Under the pieces are notes generated by a model. The model was not told the origin of the DNA and ran no database searches. It saw only the letters and a list, made by a program, of their open reading frames with translations. Below are positions 21,232-31,634 of a DNA stretch of 64,000 nucleotides, one piece after another. Within the stretch, counting starts at the first letter, position 1. Each line of letters opens with the position of its first letter. The position numbers and the translations under genes were made by a program. Origin of the DNA: Candidatus Saccharimonadota bacterium (GTDB lineage: Bacteria; Patescibacteriota; Saccharimonadia; CAILAD01; GCA-016700035); the NCBI GenBank assembly GCA_046350755.1, contig JAXLZV010000001.1, positions 406,372 to 470,371 on the forward strand, given 5' to 3'.

Positions 21232-23070
21232 TTATTCTACCGGTTTTTTGCTTTTGGCGGGAGCTTTTTTCGCATCAATCTCCTCAAACAGGGCTGCAAA
21301 GGCCTTACCCTCAATTGTCTCTTCTTTGATGAGTTTTTCAGCGATCTCGTCCAGCTTGGCGCGATTTTTCAGGATGGTAGCCTCAGCCTTCTTCGAAGCA
21401 TCGGCAATAATCCGAGCCACTTCCTCATCGATCTTATCAGCCGTCTGGTCTGAATAGTTTCGACCCTCTCCAAGGCTGCGACCAAGGAAGGTTGAGCTTT
21501 CACCGCCACCAAAGACCTGGTTCGACAGTTCTTTACCCATACCGTACTCGGTGATCATCCGACGCGCCAGGCTATTAGCGTGCTTGAGATCGGACTCAGC
21601 ACCAGTCGTGATATCGCCAAAGACAACCTTTTCCGCCGTGCGACCACCTAAGCTCATCGCAATATCGTCAAGAAAGTCTGATACCGAATGAAGATGCTTA
21701 TCCTCTAGTGGCAAACTCCAGGTAACGCCACCGGCCATACCGCGCGAAACGATTGACACCTTATGCACTGGGTTACAGTTTGGCAAAAGATGCGACAAGA
21801 GGGCGTGACCTGCCTCATGATAGGCGGTGATCTTTTTCTCTTTTTCGTTCAAGACATGACTCTTACGTTCTGGCCCAAGGGCAATTTTCTCAACTGCCTC
21901 ATGAAAGTCGGCTTGTATGATCTTTTTGCGATCCTTACGGGCTGCAAAAATCGCAGCCTCATTCGCGATATTCGCCAGATCAGCGCCAGACACGCCAGGT
22001 GTCTTACGAGCGACTTCGCCCAGCTCAACGTCTTTATCGAGTGGTTTCTTCTTGGTGTGCACACCAAGAATTTCTTCACGCTGATTCATATCAGGCAGAT
22101 CAATGGTGACGCGGCGGTCGAAACGGCCTGGACGCAGAAGTGCCGGATCGAGTACGTCAGGCCGGTTGGTAGCAGCCATCACAATCACATTCGTGCCCTG
22201 CTCAAAACCATCCATCTCAACCAGAATTTGATTCAGAGTCTGCTCTCGTTCGTCGTGTCCACCGCCGAGACCAGTGCCACGCTGACGACCAACTGCATCA
22301 ATCTCATCAATGAAGATAATGCATGGGGCATTCTTCTTCGCGCGGGCAAACAAATCACGCACTCGACTTGCACCAACACCCACGAACATCTCGACAAACT
22401 CCGAGCCAGAAATCGAGAAGAATGGCACTTCAGCCTCGCCGGCCACCGCACGCGCCATCAACGTCTTACCCGTTCCCGGCGATCCAAAGAGCAGCACACC
22501 CTTCGGAATTTTTGCCCCTAAAGCTTCAAACTTACGCGGGTACTTGAGAAATTCAACCACTTCACGCAGCTCTTGCTTGGCCTCAGTCGCACCGGCCACA
22601 TCCGCAAAAGTAACTTTCTCCTGCTCGCCACCCGCCACGCGAGCTTTCGAACGACCAAAGCTCATAGCTTGGTTATTCTGGCCTTGTGCCTGGCGCATAA
22701 TGAAGTAGAAGAAACCGATAATAAACACCACCGGCAGGAAAGCAAAGAGCGCATCAACCCAACGGCCCGATCCATCATCCGGATTCTTTGGCTCGACTCG
22801 GATCTTAGAATAATCGACGCCATAATCGGTCAGTGAAGCTGTCCGCTCCTTAAATGCTTCTTGCTTCGTGCCATCCTTGAGAATAATGGTCATTTGATCA
22901 TTATTCAGCTCGATAGCTTCGACTTTATCTTGCTTGATTTCCTCAAGCACCTTTGACAACGACACCGATTGCGGCTTTGTCTGGCTCTCTTGACCAATCA
23001 GTAAAAGGCCAACTAGCAATAGTAAGCCAATCGCAACATATATTACATTCCGCGGAATTTTTTTCATCAT
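21232..23070 (-). CDS. ftsH: ATP-dependent zinc metalloprotease FtsH
   Basis: Walker A GPPGTGKT, SRH, HEAGH zinc motif. Confidence 0.95.
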   Translation of the reverse strand: MMKKIPRNVIYVAIGLLLLVGLLLIGQESQTKPQSVSLSKVLEEIKQDKVEAIELNNDQMTIILKDGTKQEAFKERTASLTDYGVDYSKIRVEPKNPDDGSGRWVDALFAFLPVVFIIGFFYFIMRQAQGQNNQAMSFGRSKARVAGGEQEKVTFADVAGATEAKQELREVVEFLKYPRKFEALGAKIPKGVLLFGSPGTGKTLMARAVAGEAEVPFFSISGSEFVEMFVGVGASRVRDLFARAKKNAPCIIFIDEIDAVGRQRGTGLGGGHDEREQTLNQILVEMDGFEQGTNVIVMAATNRPDVLDPALLRPGRFDRRVTIDLPDMNQREEILGVHTKKKPLDKDVELGEVARKTPGVSGADLANIANEAAIFAARKDRKKIIQADFHEAVEKIALGPERKSHVLNEKEKKITAYHEAGHALLSHLLPNCNPVHKVSIVSRGMAGGVTWSLPLEDKHLHSVSDFLDDIAMSLGGRTAEKVVFGDITTGAESDLKHANSLARRMITEYGMGKELSNQVFGGGESSTFLGRSLGEGRNYSDQTADKIDEEVARIIADASKKAEATILKNRAKLDEIAEKLIKEETIEGKAFAALFEEIDAKKAPAKSKKPVE

Positions 23071-24396
23071 CTATACCACCTTTACATGCAGCGCGTGGGC
23101 CGGAGCGTCTACGCCCTCAGGAGCAAAGCGACGATCGCGAGCTAGCTGGGGCACAAGCGCAATCTCATTGCGCGACGTCACAACGATCGGCCACATCAAG
23201 CGTTCACTGCGAGGAATTTTACGATCTACAAACAGGTCCTGAAGCTTCTTCGACCCCACCATGCCGACCGGCTTAAGGCGATCGCCAGGCTGCCAAGTGC
23301 GGACGTAATAGGTTTGCGGCACCAGCAATTCACCTCTTGCCGCCTCCTCACCACGTTCACCAAGAGTCAGTTCAAAACGACCGATCCGCATGGGTGTGTC
23401 GAAGTGTATCTGCTGCGTGGCGGTCGGCAGCTCCGAAGCTACCGTCGCCGAACGCAAGACGAACTTTACTGTATCATATTCTCGAAGGAGCAACAACCCT
23501 GGAATCGCTTCCGAATAGCTCCCACTCGACGCACTGGCAAACCATTTCAAAGCCGAATCGAGATTTTTTTCGGTCATGCCAGCGCCACCCGTTAAACCAC
23601 GCGCCAGGTGTGCCAAAAGATTGAGCTGCACGATGGGATTGAGCCGTAAGAAAGGCTGCCGCATGATTTCCCAACCACCCGTGACTGGCGCAGCGATCTG
23701 TTGAGCCAGCAGATCAAGCTTCGTATCAATCCGGTCATTGACGGCTTCGAGATGATCGAACCAACTGGAGAAATTATTATGATAGTGCGCGTCGACAGTC
23801 GGTGCGTGATGAATCAGCTCGTGACGGATAGTATTGCGCGTGTACCGGCGGTCAGCATTACTCGGATCTTCGCGCCACTGAAGATTGCGGCTCGCCGCAT
23901 AGGTGATAATATCGCCACGCCCAAAGCCAATCAATGGTCGAACTAAATAGCCGCGCCGCGCGCGCAAACTCGTCAGACCAATCCGATCACTCCCCCGAAT
24001 CGCGTGCCAAACCGCCGTCTCCATGCGGTCACCCCGATGATGGGCAGTGACGATCGCCGCGGCTTGTGACTCACGACGCACATCCTCGAGCCAATTATGC
24101 CGAGCTTGGCGCATAGCTGTCTCAGTCATTGGCTCGCGAGGTAAAACCCCCATCACGAACGGCAGATCATACTGCTCGGCGAGTTGACTTACAAAGGTCG
24201 CGTCATCAAATGAATCCTCTCGCTGTGCATGGTCAAGATGGGCAACCACCATATCCCACCCAGTTTGCGATTGTAGGCGGTGCAGCAGATCGAGCAACAC
24301 AACCGAATCGATCCCCCCAGAAACCGCCAGGATAAGCTTAGTATCATCAGGTAGTAAATCCTGAGACGCGATAGATGCATGAAAGCGCTTGAGCAT
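23071..24396 (-). CDS. tilS: tRNA(Ile)-lysidine synthetase
   Basis: PP-loop SGGIDS; tilS-ftsH arrangement. Confidence 0.85.
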   Translation of the reverse strand: MLKRFHASIASQDLLPDDTKLILAVSGGIDSVVLLDLLHRLQSQTGWDMVVAHLDHAQREDSFDDATFVSQLAEQYDLPFVMGVLPREPMTETAMRQARHNWLEDVRRESQAAAIVTAHHRGDRMETAVWHAIRGSDRIGLTSLRARRGYLVRPLIGFGRGDIITYAASRNLQWREDPSNADRRYTRNTIRHELIHHAPTVDAHYHNNFSSWFDHLEAVNDRIDTKLDLLAQQIAAPVTGGWEIMRQPFLRLNPIVQLNLLAHLARGLTGGAGMTEKNLDSALKWFASASSGSYSEAIPGLLLLREYDTVKFVLRSATVASELPTATQQIHFDTPMRIGRFELTLGERGEEAARGELLVPQTYYVRTWQPGDRLKPVGMVGSKKLQDLFVDRKIPRSERLMWPIVVTSRNEIALVPQLARDRRFAPEGVDAPAHALHVKVV

Positions 24397-24423
24397 GTGT
24401 TTCTATTGTACGTTTTCTCTGGG

Positions 24424-26807
24424 TTAGCGTAAACGCCAGGCTCGGATAGACGAGAGCCCCACCCAGATACCGGCGACCGCTAGCGTGATCACGCCGGCCA
24501 ACCACTGAAGGATCGACTGACCCGTATCCGCCAGACCAGACACACTGGTGACGGTGATGTTGGTGGCTAGACTGAATTCACTTGTCGCACCGAAGCCAGA
24601 GGTGGTCGTATTGTTGACGGCTGTAGCAGTAGCGGTGATAGATTTACCGGTGAGATCAGTACCATTTGCTAGGGTTAGAGTAGTTTCTTGGCCACTGCCG
24701 CTATTCACGGTTGCTGATCCCAGGTAGGTTTGTCCCTCACCGTAGCCGGAAGGATCGGCTGAGTCGTTGGCGAAGAACTCCACGCGGTAATTACCATCAG
24801 TACTGTCAGCAGCATCGAGATCAAAGTTAACAGCCAAGGTCGAGTTAGTTTGCGTAGCCGCGTTGATGACCGGGAAGTTTAGGTAGTTGTTGGGGCCGGT
24901 GTCGGGGTCGGCAAAATCGTTAGGGTTTGGTCCCTCGTTGGTAACCGAGAGTGGTAAAAATGTATTTGGATCGAGAACGAAATGCATATCATCAATTCCT
25001 AAGCCAGGCAAAGGCAGTCCGAATGTGTTGCCAATCTGGTTATTGAAGATTTTGTTACCCAATATAGAGTTTCGGGCTGGGGTACCGGTATAGACAGTTG
25101 GGAGTTCGAACTCAGCCGTAATAACGCCTGCCCCCACATTACCAGCAATAATATTTGCCTCTGCTGAATTTACTCCCCCGATGAGATTGTCGTTTGAATC
25201 ACCGTAAATGACGATACCAGAGAACTGCGTAATGGCCGGGTCATAGCTACCACTATCGTTGGTGCCGATATAGTTGCCTTGAATAGTATTATCGTCCGAG
25301 GCAGATCCGAACGGGACTGCCCCATAAATGAGGATGTTCGCATAGCCCGTGTTACCAGAAATGATATTCCGCTGCCCAGCCAAACTGCCGCCAACCGTAT
25401 TGCCAGATGAGAGGAGTAAAGAGATCCCGCTTCCAGTATTATTTTTGATAGTGTTACCACGGATAATCGTGCCAGTTCCACCAATCTGCATGCCGTCTCC
25501 GCCGTTACCCGTAATCGTATTGGAGGTAATCACACCGCCCGTAACACTTCCCTGATTTATGCCGTGCTGCTGGTTATCGCGTATTTGATTCAGGCTGAGA
25601 GTAATATTACTTACACCAGTAGAGCCCAACCCTATGCCGCTATTCAGATTATCGTGAACGATGTTCCCCTCGACAGTTACGTTGGTAACATTCTGGTTGA
25701 GCGAGATCCCGCCTGTTTTCCAGCCAGCCACAAGATTATTTTTGATTGTCGAATTCGTAAGGTTCGAAACTGAGAAACCACTTCCGTTACTGCCGCCTGT
25801 TACGTTCCCCAGTACAGTCGTCCCATCGTAGCCCAGACCGATATAGTTCCCTTCCATAGTCACGTTCGTTGCCTGGTCAGGCGCCAGTCCGTGCCCCAAG
25901 CTAGCTCCGATCACATTTATGGCTCCTGGTTGACTCCCGCCAACGACCACGTCGCTACAATTATCTATTGAAAGCGCCCCGCTTCCAGCATTCGTACTAT
26001 TTGATATCGCCGTGAGTCCATCAGCGGCGACACCAATATAATTACCTTGAAATACCCACCCTGTACTCGGATAACTAGCCGTCGCCGACGACCCCGAAGT
26101 GTTGCCGGAAATTAAATTACGATCAGCCGGATTCAAGCCGCCAACCAAAACATTCTGTGCAATATTGGGGTTCCCAACATAAGTATTAACGCCGACAGTA
26201 TTCGGTCGCGCTGTCGTCCCCGCCGGATTGGTGCCGATATAATTCCCCTGCACCTGTATGTCGTCGGCGAGCAAGCTCAGTGCATCACCTGAACCGTAAT
26301 TATTGATCACCAGACCACGAACCGTACTCCCATCGCTGTTGTTCCGAAAATTCAGACCGTTCGCTGCACCTGCATTAGTTCCATCCAATTCGATCAACAA
26401 GATACCATTCATAGGTAGTGGTGCTGCGGCAGTATTGGCCTGTGCACCAGTCTGCGAATAGCCATTGATGACAACTGGTTCAGTGATGTCTGGAAGTGCT
26501 GAAGTTGGAGCGATGGTATGGCCGTTCTGTCCACCATTCGTGAAGTCAGCTGGACCAGTGATTGCAAAGTTGATCGTGTCTGTGCCCGAGCCAGCCGCAC
26601 ATTCACCAACTGCCGCACCGGAGACAGCATCAGTATTCGCTGAAATGATTGCTTCGCGTAGTGTGCAAGCTCCATCGTTGGCAGCGATATCACCGTTACT
26701 GTTGACCGATAGCGTTGCAGCTGAAGCCCGTCAGCGAATAACACCAACCCAACTGTGGTCATCGCCACCAGCGCCAGCAGGCGCAAGCTAATATTTTTCA
26801 CCCTCAT
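24424..26807 (-). pseudogene. sortase-anchored right-handed beta-helix surface protein with CSLREA-like N-terminal motif; -1 frameshift right after the signal peptide (or sequencing error)
   Basis: Signal peptide MRVKNISLRLLALVAMTTVGLVLFADG in frame A (ATG 26807). Frame B, open from 26730, reads RASAATLSVNSNGDIAANDGACTLREAIISAN... into the 24424-26412 ORF. The switch sits at the CCC/GGG run at 26727-26729. C-terminus LADTG + TM + RLR. Confidence 0.6.
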
Positions 26808-26889
26808 AGTTACTTCTTATTCTACCGAAGCGTAAGCGATAAAAGAAGGGGGCTACTGTAGCTTCACCTCAATCACGATCTATAAAATA

Positions 26890-29193
26890 TCAAGAAACAT
26901 AACGACTATGCATCGAAAGTATTTTCAAGCCAAGCCATAATCCAGACAAAGTGAGCATAATTATGGTAATCACATACCGCCACACACTCTCCCCCGTCGG
27001 CGCCAAACTCGTCGTCGCCAGTCCCACGGGATCTATCACCGTGCCATTGACGAGTCCATCTTGGTCGAGTGGTCCACCGTCAGTGATTTGGTACGTGAGC
27101 TTGAGCATAGACTTACCGTTGTAGTCTTCTCGGGTAATGGTAGCGCCTGGGATGTCGGAGTAGGTTTTGGAGTCTGTCTTGTACTTTCGAGCCGTGTAGT
27201 CAGAAGGGTTACCGGGGAGATCGTAGTAGAGAGTGACGGTCTTAGTAGCTCCGGGGGTGGTGGTGAATTGGAAGGATGTGAGACCAGCCGGATAGCTACC
27301 AGCAGAATCTTTGGGGAGAGACTTGGGATCGATGGCTGAGACGGTAGGACTGGTCACATCACCGGGGAGGACGAGAGTGACGGTCGAACCTTTGACGGGG
27401 TCGGGGTAGGTTAAGGGTTGGCCGGTATTGCCGCCACCATCAGTAGACTGACAGTTGTCGGTAGAGACGTCGTGGTCGCAGAGGATGTCGATAGACCCTG
27501 ATGCCGGCAGGGCAACATAGAGCCTACCATTAGGTCCAACATCCATGCCATAAGGATAATACCGATTTCCTGAAATATCCCTCGCTTCATTACTGTACAC
27601 AGTCTGGTAGATCCCATTTCTATCAAATTTTTGAATACGACCACCTCCGTCTTGCAAAACATCAGAGGCATATATATCTCCACTATTACTTACTGCAATG
27701 CCAAGTAAATAATTAAATTCTCCAGCCGTCGACCCTTCTACACCAAGCTTCATTAAGAAATTGCCGGAGCTATCAAATTTTTGAATGCGGTGATTGCTAG
27801 TATCTCCAACGTACAAATTATCTTGGTTGTCTACCGAAAGGTAAGCCGGTCCATCAGTAGCATCAAATTGACCATTACCGGAACCTTTTGAGCCAAACTG
27901 ATTGAGTAATGTACCCGAACTAGAATACTTATATATTTGACTCGCCGCTTGATTAAACCAGTAAACGTTATCTTGCGAATCGGCAGCAATACCAAAACCC
28001 TCCTCTGGTAGATTCCACGCATCTAGTGTTTGGCCACCATAATTCAACTTTTTCAGCTTTAACAAACCTCCGTCTGCCGCTGCAACTGTATATATATAAT
28101 TTGGTGAAGTCGTGACCATGTAATCAATTTCGGTATTTGATGTCCACGTATCTAGGAACTGACCAGTAAGGCTATACGACACTAATCCTACATCGCCTTC
28201 AAGAAATGGTATATATAATTTATTTCCATGAACTTTAAGAGTATATGCAGTAATAAGATCTTGATTCGTAACGCCGCCAATAATGCTTACAAAATTGCCT
28301 AATGCATCGAACTTTTGAATTCTATTATTATAGGTATCTGCAACATAAATATTGGCACTTGAATCAATCGCTATTCCCCTTGGAGTATCAAACAGGCCCT
28401 CAACTTCACCAATTGAGCCGAACTGCGATTGATATACTCCAGAGCTGTTGAATTTTTGGACACGCGTATTATCTAAAACAAATATATTACCTGTACCGTC
28501 AATTGAAATGCCCGTGGCACCAGAAAATTGCCCATCGCCAGAGCCCTCGGACCCAAATTGCGATTGATATACTCCAGAGCTGTTGAATTTTTGGATGTCG
28601 CTGCTGGTTACAACATAAATGTCGCCATTCAAATCTAGATCTAAGCTATCGGCAGATGCCTCAAATTGTGATTGGTACACACCAGAACTATCAAATATTT
28701 GGACACGATTATTGCCCGTGTCGGCAACGAGCATACTTCCATCGGATTTAATGACTAAGTCACGTGGTAAATTTAACTCACCATTACCGCTACCATAAGA
28801 ACCAAACTGACTCAGATAATTACCCTGACTATCAAACTTTTGAATGCGATGATTATTTGTATCAGCCACATATAGATTGTCTGCAGAATCGGTTGCAATA
28901 CCGTAAGAATATCCAAACTGCCCATCACCAGTGCCGGCAGCTCCAAACATCAGCAGATAATTACCAGAGCTGTCATATTTAATAACACGCCTATGGTTAC
29001 CATCAAACACGTAAATATTATCTTGAGTATCAAGAGCTACATCTTGAGCTTCACTGATTGGGGGTGAGCTATACCCCCCAATATGCCCGATATTAGTAAT
29101 GCCAGTCGCAGCGTGAGCATGACTTGAGAGTGCGAGCATAGCTACTGCAGCAATAGTCAGGGCTGAAAAAGCTTTGGTGAGCTTGGTAATCAT
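26890..29193 (-). CDS. NHL-repeat beta-propeller surface protein, shared C-terminal module + LAPTG sorting signal
   Basis: Signal peptide; repeated YVADTNNHRIQKFD NHL repeats; C-terminal YPAGLTSFQFTTTPGATKTVTLYYDLPG...LAPTG-TM. Confidence 0.8.
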   Translation of the reverse strand: MITKLTKAFSALTIAAVAMLALSSHAHAATGITNIGHIGGYSSPPISEAQDVALDTQDNIYVFDGNHRRVIKYDSSGNYLLMFGAAGTGDGQFGYSYGIATDSADNLYVADTNNHRIQKFDSQGNYLSQFGSYGSGNGELNLPRDLVIKSDGSMLVADTGNNRVQIFDSSGVYQSQFEASADSLDLDLNGDIYVVTSSDIQKFNSSGVYQSQFGSEGSGDGQFSGATGISIDGTGNIFVLDNTRVQKFNSSGVYQSQFGSIGEVEGLFDTPRGIAIDSSANIYVADTYNNRIQKFDALGNFVSIIGGVTNQDLITAYTLKVHGNKLYIPFLEGDVGLVSYSLTGQFLDTWTSNTEIDYMVTTSPNYIYTVAAADGGLLKLKKLNYGGQTLDAWNLPEEGFGIAADSQDNVYWFNQAASQIYKYSSSGTLLNQFGSKGSGNGQFDATDGPAYLSVDNQDNLYVGDTSNHRIQKFDSSGNFLMKLGVEGSTAGEFNYLLGIAVSNSGDIYASDVLQDGGGRIQKFDRNGIYQTVYSNEARDISGNRYYPYGMDVGPNGRLYVALPASGSIDILCDHDVSTDNCQSTDGGGNTGQPLTYPDPVKGSTVTLVLPGDVTSPTVSAIDPKSLPKDSAGSYPAGLTSFQFTTTPGATKTVTLYYDLPGNPSDYTARKYKTDSKTYSDIPGATITREDYNGKSMLKLTYQITDGGPLDQDGLVNGTVIDPVGLATTSLAPTGESVWRYVITIIMLTLSGLWLGLKILSMHSRYVS

Positions 29194-30401
29194 TTCTGCA
29201 AGGCCTTTCGACTCACCCAGACACCACCGGCAATGAGAGTAATTACGCCAAGCATATACGCGGAGAGATTAGTGCCGGTGTTGGCCAAACTGGTAGTCGC
29301 TAGTCCCACGGGATCAATCACGGTGCCATTGGCGAGTCCGTCTTGGTCGAGTGGTCCACCGTCAGTGATGTTGTAGGTCAGTTTAAGCATAGATTTGCCG
29401 TTGTAGTCTTCACGGGTGATGGTAGCGCCTGGGATGTCGGAGTAGGTGCGAGTTGCAGAGTTATACTTCCGAGCGGTGTAGTCAGAAGGGTTACCGGGGA
29501 GATCGTAGTAGAGGGTAACGGTCTTGGTAGCACCGGGGGTGGTGGTGAATTGGAAGGATGTGAGACCAGCGGGATAACTGTAGGCAGAGTCTGCCGAGAT
29601 AGCACTAGCAGCAATAGGGATAATTTGGGGATTGGTGACATCACTGGGGAGGATGAGAGAGACCGGTTTATTGTTAGAAGTACTACCAGTAAGGGGCTGG
29701 GGCGAGCAGTTAGCGTCATCATACGTCAGTTGGACCGACTGTATGGTTGTTTGTGCAATTGTAGTTGATCCGTTAAACCAGTGCTGCACGTAGATCCCTA
29801 GCGTATCTCCTGGAATATACGTGCTCAAATCCCAGGTAGCATCAAGCTGACCGGCTAATCCAAGTGCAGCCGGGAATTCACCGTTATGACCTACTCCACG
29901 ATCAACTGCTGGAGTAGCAAATGGTGCTGGAAACCAAGTATCTAGATCTTCGCCTTTACCATCATTAATTGTGTAATTACTCCTAAATACTAGGCCATCT
30001 GAGCCGCCATATAGTGCAAGAAAAAGCCCGCTCAAAGGTGTTTCATTTTGAGTTTGCGTATCGGTAATAAGCCTCATTGATTGTATTTGCGCACCGTTAC
30101 AGAGAGTCGGCATCGTTATGTGCCACGTATAGACCCAGGGACCGGGTGTATTATTCGAATCAAGACTGTCAGATTGTGTGGTCGTAGTATTTAAGGGTTC
30201 TTTTAACTCCACACCTGTATCGGTTGCCCTTATACCGCCTGCGGTAATATATGGATCGTCATTTGCAATTGTAGTATTGAGCTGAATTGTTTGAGATGCG
30301 GCATGGGTAGGAGCAGCCGCTACTAACATGCCGGTACCGCAGAGTATGGCAAACAATCCAACAGCCGCAATGCGGCGGAAAGCCCTCTGCTTACTTCTCA
30401 T
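29190..30401 (-). CDS. secreted surface protein, shared C-terminal module + LANTG sorting signal
   Basis: Signal peptide; C-terminal module and LANTGTNLSAYMLGVITLIAGGVWVSRKALQK tail; 4-nt overlap with the downstream gene. Confidence 0.7.
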   Translation of the reverse strand: MRSKQRAFRRIAAVGLFAILCGTGMLVAAAPTHAASQTIQLNTTIANDDPYITAGGIRATDTGVELKEPLNTTTTQSDSLDSNNTPGPWVYTWHITMPTLCNGAQIQSMRLITDTQTQNETPLSGLFLALYGGSDGLVFRSNYTINDGKGEDLDTWFPAPFATPAVDRGVGHNGEFPAALGLAGQLDATWDLSTYIPGDTLGIYVQHWFNGSTTIAQTTIQSVQLTYDDANCSPQPLTGSTSNNKPVSLILPSDVTNPQIIPIAASAISADSAYSYPAGLTSFQFTTTPGATKTVTLYYDLPGNPSDYTARKYNSATRTYSDIPGATITREDYNGKSMLKLTYNITDGGPLDQDGLANGTVIDPVGLATTSLANTGTNLSAYMLGVITLIAGGVWVSRKALQK

Positions 30402-30499
30402 GCTTCTATCTTAACAAAGCTGGAGATCTGCGACAATAAAACAACAAGTCAATTCTACAGTCAAGCTGTTGTCTCATCATCCCTTTGAGCCAGCTACAG

Positions 30500-31447
30500 T
30501 TAAGGGCTGGGTGTTGACTGCGGGGAGACATCCGGCGATTCGGTCGGTGAAGGCGTGGATGGTGACGCCGTGGGCGATGGTGACGACGGCACAGGCTTCG
30601 GGCTCGGCTTAGGTACTTTCGGAGACTGAGATGGCGAAAAGTTTGGCAACTTAAAGAGTAGCTTACGAAGCTGCTCGGCTTGTGCTGGTGTCAGCGGCTT
30701 AGACGGTGTAGTCCCCTTAGCTATCGGTGCATTTGGAGCTTGTTGTGACTTACCCGACGTTGACTGTTGCCATTTCTCTGGGCCATCCTTGGTGGTAGCC
30801 TCGATCACAATCCGCCCATCAGCCGAGCCACCCAGCGAGCAGCTATAAAGTGTTAGCTTCGAGGTTTCGCTGGGCGCCTCGATTTCCGTCGCATTCGGCT
30901 TCACACTATACTTCTTTGTCACCGTGTAGGTATACCATTTACCCTTGAAGAATATCCGCATCGTATCACCCTCTTTGAGCTTGTCCAGGTTATAAAATGG
31001 TGAACGTTTCTTCGTCTCGGCTGGCGTGGTACCAATACTAAAACGATGGGCTGAGAGGATGAAGTTACCTCCCTGCTCTGGATCGCCACGATCCGGATAA
31101 CGGTGCCACGAGCCCTTATCAAGCTCCTCTGGACCGCCGGTGAAGAATGGTACCTCAAGATTAATTTTCTCGATTTGGATGCGATCGCGATTATCAGTTG
31201 CATCGTCGGCTGTATTCAGATCGATCTCCGACTTACCAGCCAGTATCGGCAGCTGTGGGGTAAGCAACAAGTACGCCATATAGAGACCAGCTGCAATTAA
31301 GCCGATCGAAAGGGCTAACAGGAGTCCTCGCTTGCGCTTGGATACTTTTCTGGCAGGTCGATGTGGCAGTCCTGCGCCGGATTGATCATTTGGCAGTATG
31401 TGCCTGCGTTTGCGCGAACGAAAAAGCTGCGGTTTCTTTACTTTCAT
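30500..31447 (-). CDS. sortase (class E-like) with Pro/Ser-rich C-terminal tail
   Basis: N-terminal TM, catalytic His in ILSAHR, TLxTC-type Cys motif LTLYSCS, C-terminal (SP/TP)n tail. Confidence 0.85.
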   Translation of the reverse strand: MKVKKPQLFRSRKRRHILPNDQSGAGLPHRPARKVSKRKRGLLLALSIGLIAAGLYMAYLLLTPQLPILAGKSEIDLNTADDATDNRDRIQIEKINLEVPFFTGGPEELDKGSWHRYPDRGDPEQGGNFILSAHRFSIGTTPAETKKRSPFYNLDKLKEGDTMRIFFKGKWYTYTVTKKYSVKPNATEIEAPSETSKLTLYSCSLGGSADGRIVIEATTKDGPEKWQQSTSGKSQQAPNAPIAKGTTPSKPLTPAQAEQLRKLLFKLPNFSPSQSPKVPKPSPKPVPSSPSPTASPSTPSPTESPDVSPQSTPSP

Positions 31448-31634
31448 AAGCTTTTATTATAACCGATTTTTCTGAGATCGAACTGTGCACAGTAGCCCCG
31501 GTCCAATGGTACTAAGCACGATCATCGCGGTCAGATAGCCAAGCGTCTACTCTACTGTACCATCAGCTTTACCAGCCTCAGCCGTTCGATACAACATATA
31601 TATCAGGCATGCTGCATTATGCTACAGTTTCTAT

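Noticed and set aside
21763-22521. 252-aa plus-strand ORF
   Set aside because: Antisense inside ftsH.
26465-26791. 108-aa plus-strand ORF
   Set aside because: Antisense to the frameshift junction of the surface-protein gene.
26409-26807. 132-aa minus-strand ORF taken as a separate gene
   Set aside because: Only its first ~27 residues (the signal peptide) are plausible. The remainder is out-of-frame read-through of the frameshifted surface-protein gene.
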